DNA of 63,934 bases, filler included, from Kipferlia bialata (lineage: Eukaryota): the NCBI GenBank assembly GCA_003568945.1. It is 4 parts of 4 records of this genome, joined end to end, with 100 filler letters (N's around TTAATTAATTAA, not from the genome) between each part and the next. Parts side by side here need not be neighbours in the genome. Positions count along the whole stretch, not along the records: positions 1 to 19,170 come from BDIP01000442.1; positions 19,271 to 38,425 come from BDIP01000443.1; 2 more parts are not named here. One strand, 5' to 3'. The number at the start of each line of letters is the position of its first letter. Position 1 is the stretch's first letter. Positions 13,719 through 27,804 of the stretch are shown here, piece after piece. Under the pieces are notes generated by a model. That model saw only the letters and a program-made list of their open reading frames with translations, was not told where the DNA came from and did no database searches. Position numbers and translations under genes: made by a program.

Positions 13719-16700
13719 GGCGGTAGAAGGAGTCAGATCCCGGTGTGGAGAGGGAGCGTCATCCCTCTACGATGGCGCCTTTTGACCCTAGTAGGGTTAA
13801 GCCCAGAGTCCCCACGGCCAAACAGTGGCTCAGGGAAGAGAAGGAGCGGAAGCAGGAAGCGGAACGACGTCTTGAAGCACGCCTGGTACGACTCCCCGTA
13901 TATATATATAAGCATACACACACACATATATATATATATATACATTCTTTATACTCATCTGTATACATACATATATACATACATATATGTGTGAATGTTT
14001 GTATATATAGACAGTAGTCTCTTTGTAGCAGCACCTTGTCATATTGATATTAGTGTTTCCGGGGTATCTATATTTGAGTTGATGGTGAGAACACAGTGAA
14101 CACATGCATTCTATAATAATACACTTACAAATATTGGTACTATATATATCATATATATATAGTATATATGTGTGTATGATGAATTCCCGTTATATCTTTG
14201 ATGGATACAATATCCATCTCTCATCCACTCCATATATCTCCACTTATGTCTCTGTTACGTTGTGTGGGTCTCTGATATACACTATCTTCCTCCCCACTTC
14301 TACCAGATTGGCATCCACTTTCACGACATAGTGTCTTTCTCTCTCTCTATCCTCCAGCCCCTTATACCAGACGGACATACATCTGACGACATGATTCTCT
14401 CTCTCTCTCTGCCTCTCTCTACACCCTTTATTCACCCATCAGGAGAAGGAGAAGCTGGAGTCCATCGAGTTGCAGTGGGGCAAGGCGTACGACAAGGTGA
14501 AGCCTAAGGGATTCATGCCTCTCACCGATAGAGGATACAAGAAGCTGTCAAAGATCAAGCGGCTACGGTTCAAGATTGACTATCTGGCTAGGGCAGGTAT
14601 GTTCAATACTTGTATATATCTAATGGATGGCCCTCATATCATATGAGTCATATTCATTTACATTTGTGTATGTATGCAGGAATATAGTATGTTATAGTAT
14701 GTCATCTACAATTATTGTCCAATACTAAACACGTTAGTACCACAATCAAGAGCCTCATCCTTCTCACCCTAGATGGCACCCAGACAGGCGTCCTCTTTGG
14801 CGTAGTGCGCCATGTTGAGTATGGGAACCCGATGCAGTCTCGCCTTAATCAACTGGGCGAGGCGAGGTATCTGGCTGCACAGGAGAATAACAGGGAAAAG
14901 GTACCATATTGTATACACTATGCAGGTATATATATATATGTGTGTGTGTGTATGTATTACTATTCTTGAGGCTGCATGTACCCACACCAAGCATTAGGTA
15001 TAAGGACATCATGTTCATATATGACAAACCTACTCACAGAGTATCAATACGCAGCTGTGATAACAATGTGTGATGTACAATACGTATAATAACTGGTATT
15101 TGTTAGTATATAGCAGAGAGTATACAACTCATGTGAGGGGGCGTAGTACATGCATATGCTCAGAGAGGAAAGATACATACTATTCATCTTAATATATGGG
15201 CTTCACCCTGTGTGTTCATTTACCCAGTTCACTACATTGATGATAAACGTATAATTCTTATACTATATAAATATATATGTGTATATACATATATATAATA
15301 CTATTTATACTATATAAATATATATATGTATATACATATAGTGTGTACAATGCATATATGTATAGTGTCTCATGTCAGAGGAGGGAGTACAGGCAGCTGA
15401 TTGATGAGGAGAGGGAGAGGGAGAGGGAGGAGACCAGGAGACGCAAGGAGCTCCGTGAGAACGGTCCCAACCAGCGTGCAGGGCGCAGGGGTAAGTCACT
15501 GTGTACACCAATACATATTCAAGTATAGTATACCACCGTGAAGGGTACATGGGTAAGCGTATATTCACTTCAGACTTGTATCTGCTCAGTGATATATGTA
15601 TATATATATATAGATATATATATATATGCAGCTACAGGCCCCACTCGTAGTGTTGTACAGCAGTGTAATGTATTAGACTAGAACACATGTCCTCTCTACC
15701 ATTGCGAATAGTCTAGTATCTCCCTGGCAGTTTGACACTGCCGTAGTCTGCCAGGCACTATATACACGTACAGTTGCACTCACTTACCCTCAGGCCCTAC
15801 ACTTCTTAGTGAGTTAATACATGTATATGGTAGTTGTTTGTATATATGTGTATATTGATGTATTGCTTCAAATACTGCTGTTAACGACTCTATTGAACTA
15901 CATTGAGACCAGATGAGAAGCAGAATATGTCGTTCATATGATTCTGATCCTCAGGGGCCTCTGCTTCCAGAACACTGGCCAGGACAGGCCGTCCTCTCAC
16001 AGTCCAGGTTGGTTCAATCATATTGACAGCAATACTATACTATTGTACTGTACTCGTATATATTCTATATGGAATATTTGTATATACTAAATATACTATT
16101 TGTTGTGTATACTATCACGGCCCAGGTTGGTACATGTATATTTACATATATATTGAACCATGGTACTGTACTACTATATACTATTTGTTGTGTATAGAAT
16201 GTATGTATATGTATACATATGTATAAAATACTATACACATTGGTATATGAGTAGCACTTCACTTTTACTATGTAGTTCCTACCAATAGACTGTGTACCTA
16301 CAGTACCATATACCTTCGGTATTGTAACCACTGTTCTTAGTTGTTATTCATACTAAGTTACATCTCTACTACCACTCATATATATCATATATCCATACTT
16401 ACATCCAGGAGATCGAGAGAGAGCAGGAGCGGGATCCCCCTGTCACTTCTAAGGTTGGTATCCATTATTAGAATTATAAACACTATATATACATACCTGT
16501 ATGTTTGTTTACATCCAGAGGATCGAGGGCCAGCAGGGGCAGGAGAGGGAGAAGGAGAGGGAGAGAGAGACTCACCCAGAGACATCTACCAGAGCAGGCC
16601 TGTCCCAGGCAACAAGACAGAGTACGTATATTGAGATTATGTATATATGTTTGTACATATATCAACGTATGCGTGAATATATGTGCGTGTCTTCGCCTCA

Positions 16701-19170
16701 TGGATGGGACTGTCCCAGATATCAATATCAAACCGGCGTACGTATACAGAAGTATATATGTAGCCTACATGATGTAGGAGAACTTGAGTGATATATACAA
16801 ATGTATAGGTCCCAGAGTTGCGCGATATATATGTATATATGTATATATTTGTATATAAGTAAAATTCTTATATTTATTATATATATTATATATATTATTA
16901 TATATATGTAGATATGTGTAGGCCCCCGGCACCCTGTTATGTTCGTATGAGTATATAGAGTATTACGAGTCGTAATTTACGACAGTATGAAAATGTAGAG
17001 TGATTTGCATTTGTTCTATATTCATGTGTTGGATACATCTATCGGAACTGACCGTCAGGCGCTAGTAGGATCCCCTACCCTACTATCAAGCTCGTCAAGA
17101 CAAGACCAAACGGCCAGCTAAGTGAGTATTGTGGGAGATATACATGACATATGCTACATACCTGCTATACCAGTATATGTATGTGATACGAGAACCCGAT
17201 ACCTCACTGTTACTAGACAACACTTGGCAGTTACAATCGCACTGAGTATATAGATATGAGTATCTAAGTGGTATGGAGAGACCAGACATACTCTCTTCTT
17301 GCACATTTCATTATCTGAATCAGTGGATCTGATCCCAGCACATACATGTCAATTAGTGTTGAGTTAGAGTATGACTGATATATAGACTCTGTATGACATG
17401 TAGTAGATAGTGTGTATAAACTCCCTCTCCTCCTCCAGGTCTCTTCCGGGAGCTATATGAGACTACATATAGTAACTAGTGTACATCTACATACCCACTC
17501 TCTTACCAAAGCCCTTCAAGATATCGTTATTGGTATAAATACCCACGTCCTCTCTTACCCCAGCCTACAAAGAGCAGCGGCGCCAACAGGAGGAGGAGGC
17601 CAGGTCGAAGAGGGCCTATGCCCAGTTCAGTACCCCATCTGTCGGTGCCCACCGCACCACTACCCTCTCTCAGTGTGGTACTGAGTACGGTGCAGAGAGG
17701 GTGTCTCCATCCACAGAGGTTGGGGTAGGTGCACCAGACACTGACCCCAGTGTCGCTGAGTGTGTGGCTGGGGTGAGAGGGGCAGCCCGCCTGGCGGCAG
17801 AGGTGTGTATACAAACATACATACATATATATTACAGCAATACTATATATATGAGTGTGATAGCATACTGGGGTGGGAGAGGTGGCACTCTTATGGCAGA
17901 GGCGTGTATATACATGTATATACCTATGTGTGGGTGTACATGTATGCGTACGTGGCTACCGTTGACAGTAGTGCGTTCCTGCCCCACACTCCTATACTGA
18001 CAGTCATATACTTTCATACAGGTGTTTGCTAATCTCAGCTTGTCGGTTCAACCGACTCGGTTGACTATATGTGACTCTCCCTCGCAGTTACTGTATCTGA
18101 TTCAACCTCACCCCAGGCTGGTATGCTCGTTCTCTCCCCCATCCTCCATGCTCCCGTCGGAGAGCATCTGGAGGGTCTAGATTGTGTAGTGGATATGCCA
18201 CTGGCACCTGCCCCTCTCGGTGCCGCGACTGAGGGAGAGGGGGAGAGAGAGGGAGAGAGAGAGGGTGAGTTAGACCCCACACAGCCAGGTACTTGACACT
18301 AGCCATCATAGATTGTATTTACTCGAGATTTAGATATATATATATATATATATGGTTGGCAACTTCAATTATTGGGGGCACCAACAGTGTGTGACTGGGA
18401 TGCATTCTCCCCTATCACCCAGGAGGACTTAGTCCCCATCGAGGGTGCCGCAGGTACTATATTTATATATGTATATATACCATATATACCGTATGTTCCA
18501 TATACACTGAATATACTATATTATTCTCTTTCATGATACAAGTGTATATGACAATATGTACCAGATATACTATTGACACGGCCATGTATGAGATACACTC
18601 AGGGTGGTATGTATCTAGTAGGTTTACACACACTCATTCATGTGCCGTATGGATATGTCACCGTGACTCTAATCCTGTGAATCCTGTGCATACCTCTGAT
18701 ATCTATCAATGATCTTGACATGTACGCAAGTGTCCCACCACCAGGCCCCCAAGATACCCAAGAAGTGACAGATGGCTTCGCTGCCTCCCTCGCGTCTGTG
18801 AGGTCTGAGGCAGTGTCCTCTCTTGTACAGAGTGGCGATATGACTGGGGCGGAGGCAGAGGAGGCCCTCACAATGGAGTCACTGAGTGGGTCAGGTATGG
18901 GTATGATAATATGTATATTCGTGTATACATATAGTTGTACCGTGATTGTGATATGTCAGTGCCAACCACCAGGTGCAGTTGGCACAGTCACCCTGTGATA
19001 TCATATATGTATTCTTATGTACCTATAGGAGTATAGTTATACTAACCTCAAGAGGTGTTCGTGCTGTCTGGGGTGACATAGAATGGATATTTATGTACTT
19101 GTATCTATATATGCATAGTATCGTATAGTGACCCTCACCTCCAGGAGGTGGTAGCCCAGTCACCCCTGTG
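13719..19170 (+). CDS. Multi-exon hypothetical protein with charged coiled-coil segments; 3' end runs off the scaffold, 5' end unresolved (possibly ~12062)
   Basis: Exons read MAPFDPSRVKPRVPTAKQWLREEKERKQEAERRLEARL; EKEKLESIELQWGKAYDKVKPKGFMPLTDRGYKKLSKIKRLRFKIDYLARA; DGTQTGVLFGVVRHVEYGNPMQSRL; RREYRQLIDEERERE; TYKEQRRQQEEEARSKRAY; PQDTQEVTDGFAASLASV. All have local splice signals. Confidence 0.65.
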
Positions 19171-19270
19171 NNNNNNNNNNNNNNNNNNNNNNNNNNNNNN
19201 NNNNNNNNNNNNNNTTAATTAATTAANNNNNNNNNNNNNNNNNNNNNNNNNNNNNNNNNNNNNNNNNNNN
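19171..19270. other. Artificial scaffold linker
   Basis: 44 N + TTAATTAATTAA (stops in all frames) + 44 N. Confidence 0.98.
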
Positions 19271-19546
19271 CCAACGCCGCCCAGCAGCACCGTGGGACGC
19301 TGCAGGCACCCCGCTAGGGCATATGGGTGTGTGTGGAGGGTACTCTTGTATCTAGCCATATGTGCTTGAATAGAGGTTACATTTGTCTCTCTATCAATCA
19401 TCTTCAAATCGTTCAAACAATATACTCGCCACGTATATACTAGGGCCTAGTAACATCCACAACAGACCAACAATTGGGTGACTATGTTTATTGCATCACA
19501 GAGACTCGCATACAAACACTAGCCAGAGGGGGGTAGAACAACACCC

Positions 19547-21015
19547 TTACATCTCCTCGTCAACAGCACAGTAGAGGCCGCATCCATCGACAACAATGCA
19601 CACGGGGCACTGGGGGTCAGGATAGAATGTATCATAGAGTACATATATACACTAGAGAATACCAGTATCTATAAAGAATAGATTATACCTGCACAGGCTC
19701 GATGGGGCAGAGCTCGCACACGGGGAGGTCTGTGCCGCACATGTAGATGAAGTCGCCCTCGAGCTCGGTACAGATGATGTCGAAGTTGCACTGGACCCAC
19801 AGCTCCTAGGGGGTTAGAGAGAGGGAGGGAGAGAGAGAGAGATAGTAGATGTCGAAGTTGCACTGGACCCACAGCTCCTGAGGGGTGAGAGGGAGAGAGA
19901 GAGAGAGAGAGAGGAAAGAGAGAGAGAGGTAGATTGGGAGAAGTAGAGAGAGAGAGAGTGTGTGTGTATACCTCAAGGAACATCAGCTCCTCGAACTCGG
20001 TGGGGACGGGGCCCTCAAGGAGGTTGCAGTCAACTGGGGGTAAGATATGTATGTATACATATATATATACATATATATATGAAGGAAGAGAGAGAGAGTC
20101 CTCGAGGAGGTTGCAGTCAACTGGGGGTAAGATATGCATGTATATATATTTGAAGAGAGAGAGAGAGAGAGTCCTCGGGGAGGTTGCAGTCAACTGGGAT
20201 GAGGGATGTATTGACATACATATACACATACATAAAGAGAGAGAGAGATACACTCCTACGTACGGTGGATCTCGCGGAGGTAGGTCATCTGGTTGACGCA
20301 GTCGGGGATCTCGCCGGTGATCATGTTGTAGCTGAGGGTGAGTGTATCTATCCACACACATATATATATATGTATGTATATGTACTAGTATACCTGAGGT
20401 ATGCGTACTGCAGGTACTCCATGGTGCACATGCAGGTGGGGAGGTCACCGATGAGGCCAGCGTCGACCATCTGCCAGGGTGCACATGCAGGTGGGGAGGT
20501 CACCGATGAGGCCAGCGTCGACCATCTGCCAGTACTGGGGATGAGAATAACGCGAGATATGACACTACTACGCGAGATATGACACTACTATGCGAGATAC
20601 ACACCTTGAGGGTGGTGAGGTTGCAGATCTCGGGGGGGATGGGGGAGGTCATCTGGTTGTTGTTGGCGTAGAAGGTCTGGAGGGTGAGAGGGAGGGGGGT
20701 GGAGGGGGATACACATACTATGAGAGAGAGAGAGAGAGAGAGTACCTGGAGGAAGGGGAAGCAGCCGATGTCAGCGGGGAGCTCACCAGTGAGGCCGAAC
20801 ATGGAGAGGTCAAGCTCGTTGACGTATCTGATATAAGGGTGTAGAGAGAGAGAGAGAGGGAGAGAGACAGAGAGAGAGAGTCAGAGAGAGGTGAGCATGG
20901 GGATGGAGTGGTATACACTTAGATACAGAGAGATGGACATACCCGTGGGCGTTGCAAGTCACACCGGTCCACTCACAGTGGGGGTCAGCAGAGAGCCTAG
21001 AGATAAGCTTATGAC

Positions 21016-21050
<35 letters not shown>

Positions 21051-21191
21051 TCCCAGTGGGGTCAGCAGAGAGCCTATGAGTTAGACACAGAGAATAGGAG
21101 AGAGGAAGATATGTGCAGGCACTCACCAGTTGTTGGCGATGGTCCACTCGGGTCCGTTGGTGGAGTCGTAGATGGCCTCGAGGGCACCCTT
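19547..21191 (-). CDS. CWP: Cyst wall protein homolog (Giardia CWP-type: LRR N-cap, ~5 LRRs, Cys-rich C-terminus); signal-peptide exon missing
   Basis: Spliced translation, after removing a 55-nt duplication: KGALEAIYDSTNGPEWTIANNWLSADPHCEWTGVTCNAHGYVNELDLSMFGLTGELPADIGCFPFLQTFYANNNQMTSPIPPEICNLTTLKYWQMVDAGLIGDLPTCMCTMEYLQYAYLSYNMITGEIPDCVNQMTYLREIHVDCNLLEGPVPTEFEELMFLEELWVQCNFDIICTELEGDFIYMCGTDLPVCELCPIEPVQCPVCIVVDGCGLYCAVDEEM*, with TAA at 19549-19547. The order and Cys spacing (IYDxTxGxxW, CxWTGVTC, IGC, CMC, HxDCN, YxCGT, DGC) match Giardia CWP1/2 as I recall them. Confidence 0.88.
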
Positions 21192-21207
21192 CTAAAGGGG
21201 TAAGAGT

Positions 21208-21212
<5 letters not shown>

Positions 21213-21261
<49 letters not shown>
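21213..21261 (+). repeat. (GA)n microsatellite, probable misjoin between the Kelch gene and the CWP gene
   Basis: The Kelch-gene exon VYTLIFSCQDRGSSALLVSAFLSL runs into the repeat, and a CWP intron emerges on the other side. Confidence 0.65.
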
Positions 21262-21264
<3 letters not shown>

Positions 21265-22161
21265 CGGAGACTAGAAGGGCACTGCTACCTCGATCTTGGC
21301 ATGAGAATATGAGGGTATATACTATATACGTATACTATATGCAAGTATTATGTGTATATAGTATTCTTTCAGTGAGATATTGACTACCCTGGGTTCTGCC
21401 AGCCACATCCTGACATGAGAATAAGGGTCTAGAGAGAGAGAAACTAACACATTGATACATGTCCCAGCAGCAGCAGGTCCTACCCCTAACACATGCATGG
21501 CACCAGCTGTATTAATATATATATATACTATATACATATATACGTGTATATGCTATTCACAATACCTGTCCCAGTAGCAGCAGGTCCTCCCCCTCCCATA
21601 TGCAGGGTACCAGCTGGGCACCAGAGGGTATGTCAGACCCATATCTATAGTGAGAGAAGAGAGAGAGGGGGGGAGAGAAAGAGAGAGAGAGAGATGGCAC
21701 CAGAGGGGATGTCCTATATCTAGGATTCGAGGGTGAGAGAGAGAGAGAGAGAGAGAGAGATGGTATCTGAGGGGATAACAGGCCCATATCTATCAGATCA
21801 GAGAGAGGGAGGGAGAGAGAGAGAGAGAGAGATAAATCCTAAGGAAATACGATAGAACAAGTCGGAGCCCGAGGTGAGGGGGGAGAAGAAAGAGAGTGTA
21901 TAATGCATTCATAGATTAGCGTCGATACATACATACATGTCCCGTGTCACTAGTAGTATTACTAGTAGTATATATGTACTAAATGTATTTATCATACTAT
22001 ATTGATACTGTTATATGTACTTACATACATACATGTCTATTGATATAGATAGGTGTTTACCTGTCCCTTGTCACATTGGGTATGGGTATGTGGGCAGCCA
22101 ACTCCCACTGGCCTGTGGTTAGAGATATATGGAGTGTACATGATATATTTTCATATAGTGG

Positions 22162-22198
<37 letters not shown>

Positions 22199-25100
22199 GA
22201 GAGTGGTACCTGTGCCAACTGTGTCGAGGCAGTAAACTAGGTATATATACCCTATATATATACACTAATACAATGATATGGTAAAGAGATTATGAATACA
22301 AACCTGTGCCAAGTATATATTGTATACACAGAGACATATATCACATTACATATATACAGAGAGAGAGAAAGAGAGAGAGGTACCTGTGCCAACTGTGTCG
22401 AGGCAGTAGACTGAGTGGTGTGTCTCCTGGTCGATCCTACTGGCCAGGAACAGGTACCTACAGTGAGATGTATATATAATGATATATATATACGCATATA
22501 CACGTGTGTGTGTGTGCATAGAGGGGTGTCTACTGGCCAGGTACAGGTATCTGCAGTCAGAAGAGAGACTGTGTGACTGTGTTCGCGAATCTGATATATA
22601 CATACCTCCTCAGTGTTGTGATTAGTATACATATATTAGTATACATATATATATATATACATACTACTATATATATATATACCTACTCTTGCGGTGTATT
22701 AGTAAGGTAATGGCTATACATATATATATAAATATGATACCATACACATAGTTTCCTCCGAATGGATGTAATTGAGACACGAATATGTATATTTGCATAT
22801 AAATATGAGTATATACATATACATATGAATACCTCCCCATAAATATGAGTATATACATATACATATGAATACCTCCCCATGACTGCTGTGATTGACATGA
22901 ATATCTGTATGTATATATATGTATATTGGCGTATAGAGAAGTATATGTATATAAGAATACATATACCCATACCTCCCCATTGCTGTGATTGACACCTCCC
23001 CAATATCCTCAGGTATATATATATAGAATACATATTTCTTGTATTTATGTATATACATATATATATTCATACCTTCCCATGGCTGTGATTGACACCTCCT
23101 CGATGTCCTCAGGCATCGCAGGGCCCTTCATGAGGCCAAGCTAAGGTTATCCATCATAGGTATATATAGACACATATAGATAGATTGATTGATGAATATT
23201 TGAATATATATATAGAGAGAGAGGCATCGCAGGGCCCTTCATGAGGCCGAGCTGAGAGTGAGATATATATACACACCCATATATATATACAGAGAGAGAG
23301 AGAGAGAGAGAGAGGGAAGAAGAGAGGCATCACAGGGCCCTTCATGAGGCCAAGCTAAGAGTGAGATATACACAAATATACATATACATACACACACAAT
23401 TATATGTGCACATATATATATGTATATATAGAAAGAGAGAGGTATCTCAGGTCCCTTCATGAGGCCAAGCTAAGGATGAGAGGCATAGAAATGTATAGAT
23501 ATGGATATGCATATGTATACACTAATCCATTTAGAGAGAAAGAATAGTCCCTTCATGAGGCCAAGCTCAGACTGAGAGACTTATGTATACATATACAAAT
23601 ACATGCATATACATGCATATATATAGAGAGAGAGAGGAGTGGGCCATTTTACGAGTACACATACATATATATATATATATAGATATATAAGCATATGTAC
23701 GTATACACTGGATATCTCACCTCGAGTGTTGGTCCCACTACCATGTGCTCGTGTCCACTGAATATGCGGTATATAGATACTACGTATAGATATATATACT
23801 ATACATATATATATAAATATATATACAGTGTATGTCTAACCTCTAGTGTGGGTCCCACTATCATGTGCTCATGCCCACTGAATATGTGTGTGTAGTCGGG
23901 AGAGTGGGGGTCGGTGATGCTGAAGTTCAAGGTGCCCCTGATGTCAGTGTTGTATATGGACAACACATTCTCGTATATAACTTGTACATACATAATATTG
24001 GTAGAAGAGAGAAATGTTATTAGAGTGATGCTGAAGTTCAAGGTTCCTCTAATATGAGTGTAGAGTTCAATGTGTTAAACATAAATATCCATATAAAGTA
24101 TATATACACTATATGAATTAGAAATTCTCTCATATCATGTCATCTTATGTTCAGAGTTACTTGTTATTCACTGCGACGACTGCATTCTAGGAACTATACT
24201 AGCATTAATAACATATCGCTACTAACCTCATGCTCCGCTGCACCTTCTTGTCTGACACACCCTCTCTACACTACATAACCTGCATATACTATATATGTTA
24301 TATACTATATTTACGATATACTATCCATATACATAACCTCCTGTTCCGCTGGACCTTCTTGTCCGACAGGGCAGTGTATATATATATAATACTGACATGA
24401 TACATGTACCATTAATCCGCTATCTATATATATGTATACATCACCACTAACCTCATGTTCCGCTGGACCATATCTGACAAGAAATATATTGACAATATAC
24501 ATATCCATTTATAGATACAAATACTTTCATATATACACATATACATTGTTAGATATATATATCCATTACCTCATGTTCCGCTGGACCTTTTGGTCCGACA
24601 GGGCAGGAGAGACACAGAACCAGGACATCTGCATGTTAGACGTATAGAATATGTAGAATAAACACACATATATATACATCTCTCTCTCTGTTCATATTTC
24701 TACATAAATACCTTTGACTCATCCCCTGGCACCGTGTCCAGTACCCACACTTTGGTATATGTATATATTCTATATCTATATCTACATATCTATATCTCTA
24801 TATACATATATACCTTTGCCTCATCCCCTGGCACCGTGTCTAGTCATATATGTATCTATATTATTGTGTGTGTGTGTGTGAATAAAGAAACTTAAGAAAT
24901 ATATACACATATTTCCAGATATTGTACCTTGGCCTCATCCCCTGGGACAGTGTCCAGTACCCACACCTTTGTAAACACACACACACACATATATGTATAT
25001 ATATGTATATATATATACCTCTCTCTCTCTGAACATACTTCTATATATATGTTAACATATACCACTGACTCATCCCCTGGTACAGTATCCAGCACCACAA

Positions 25101-26178
25101 CTTTGGTATATGTGTCTATTCTATATCTATATCTATATATCTATATCTCTCTATATATGTGTGTGTAAACATATATACCTTTGACTCATCCCCTGGGACA
25201 GTGTCCAGTACCCACACCCCGTCTCTCTTGAGGGAGTCCCTAGCAACCTGGGGTGAGTACGTATCTATACACTCATACATATGTATACACAATATCCTCA
25301 TACAAGATAGTAACCTGGGGTGGGTACACATATGTATATATACATATATATACATATACATGCATATGAATACATATACCCCATACACATACATTCAAGG
25401 TAAGTATAAAGACATACAACTAATTCACTATTGCAAACAAAGAAATTATATACATTTGTAGAACATATATCAACACAAACTCAGATAGGTATATATATAT
25501 ATAGTATATATACAGACACACACATATATATATATATATTCTTATACATACCAAAACCAGGCAATTATGCATTGTGAATGCACATATCATGCAGGACAGG
25601 GTCGGGGTGTATATATATAGTATATACACACTCTAATATGTATATATATATATATATCTATACATACCAGCACTAGGCAGTCATGCATTGTGAATGCACA
25701 TATCATGCAGGACAGGGTCGGGGTGTACTCTGGGGCCTGGGTGTTAGTACTATGTTTCCTTTATGTATCTTTAGTATGTTATCTGTTACTGTATATCAAC
25801 CTGTATGTTCCTATTATACATATATATATATCTATATTTATATATATATATATATATATAGACAATATACATTTACATATACCTGTCTGGTCCATGACCG
25901 TGTGCCAAGGTCAAAGGTAATATATGATACATTCATATAACATACATTATAGTACATCTATACATTATACATATATACACATTACTATATATATACCTGT
26001 GTGGACCATGACTGGGTCCCAAGATCAAATTCTCTTATAGTATATATAATATATATACTATAATATATATATATAATATATATAGTAATTACGTATATAC
26101 CTGTGTGGTCCATAACTGGGTCCCAAGGTCAAAGACAGCCAGGGTTACGGGAAGTGTGGTCTCGTTGCGGTACCTACA

Positions 26179-26226
<48 letters not shown>

Positions 26227-26716
26227 TGGCCTTGTTGTGATACCTACAGTAAGAAAGTCATTTCTTTAATACATACCTGAAAGGGTCGTTTGAAACGACT
26301 CGTTTCCGAGGTACAGCATACACAGTATATCTATTATATACAATCTATTTCCTCAATTTCCATCAATATATATATATACCTGTAAGGGTCGTTACCGAGG
26401 CACAGCAAGTGCATGTGAAACACAAATCCAGTATATACACCCACACATATACATATACATCAATCTAAACACACATAAATACCTGTATGGGTCGTTAACG
26501 AGGCACAGGAAGTACAAGTGTAATACGTTCAGTATATATATAGAGTACATATATCGATCTATCTATATGCATATATATATATATACCTGTATGGATCACT
26601 CCCGAGGCACAGGAAGTACACACTGTCACCCAGTCTCAGTTGAAGAGAGTGTTGTAAGGTTTCTATGTGGTTAGCATAGAGACACTATATCTATATCTTA
26701 TACTCAGAATCTGAGG

Positions 26717-26759
<43 letters not shown>

Positions 26760-27773
26760 GCACCTAGGATGTCGTTGATATCGGTGTTCTCGCCAATAGA
26801 AGTAGGAAGGGGCATCTCCCGGAAACGGAGCTTGTCCTGTAATAAGGGTCTAGAGGGAGAGTGGGAGAATAAGAGACAAGAATGGACGTTGGTTTGGGAT
26901 GTTATGTCGACTGTGACTATCCCAAAGGAATATATATAGATACAAATACACATTTATACATATAGATACATGTTGATACTGATATATATATTCAATATAT
27001 ATATATACAACCGTACCCATGTTGTGTCCACTGTGACTATGCCAAATGAGTGTGGACGGGTCGGCTCCACCTCAGGCTCACCTAGAGTGTGAATGAGGGT
27101 CTAGAGAGAGAGAGAGAGAGAGAGATAGAGACGACATGTAATTCACAGGAAACTGTGTGTGTGTGTGAGTGAGTGAATGGGAGAGAGTGAAAGTGAGATA
27201 GAATAGTCAGAGAGGCATTGGGTTAGGGTAAGATAGGTGATATGTGTTTGCCTTCATTCTGCCTACAGAGAGCCACATTCTTGTAATGCTATATCGGCAA
27301 TTACGATATATTGATAGTATGGCGGAGTGAATGGCAGAGTACTTGAGAGACACCAACAAATGTGTCATTCCCAAAAGAACAACAAACAAGACAAGAAGAA
27401 CTAGGCCCAATAGTTCCAAAAGAGACAACAGTTCCAACAAAGAACTAAAGACACAATTTAGAGTTCTAAAGAAACAATTAAGAATCCTAAAGAAACAATT
27501 GTTCCATACCGCGTCTCTGGCGCTTTCTGGCTCCGACATACAGGGAGAGGTACTAGGAGTGAGAGGTATAGATGTACAGTGGGACACACAAAGCTATTCA
27601 ACCAGCCACTACGACATACTGGTATCATCCCGGAACCATAATATTCATAGAATATAGAATATATACATTTGAACTATAATACACAAATAGAAGAACACTT
27701 CCATACCTCTGCGTCCCCTATTGGTATCATCTTAGTATTCACAAAATACAGGCTACACATGCTATTACTACAA

Positions 27774-27804
<31 letters not shown>

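Noticed and set aside
16963..16977. Small hairpin ATTACGAGTCGTAAT, and a similar one near 26285-26306
   Set aside because: Too short and isolated to support an ncRNA or element end.
19215..19226. Palindromic TTAATTAATTAA recurring at 19215, 38470 and 57684
   Set aside because: It is an artificial stop-codon linker inside N padding. Adjacency across these points has no biological meaning.
22700..26600. Regularly spaced ~30-45 nt repeats with variable spacers, CRISPR-like at first sight
   Set aside because: The repeats are copies of coding exon ends with splice sites, the spacers are microsatellite intron sequence, and there are no cas genes in this eukaryotic context.
27331..27657. 108-aa Lys/Asn-rich ORF containing a 21-nt repeat
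   Set aside because: It lies antisense within the Kelch gene, mostly over an intron, and its length is explained by the low-complexity tandem repeat.
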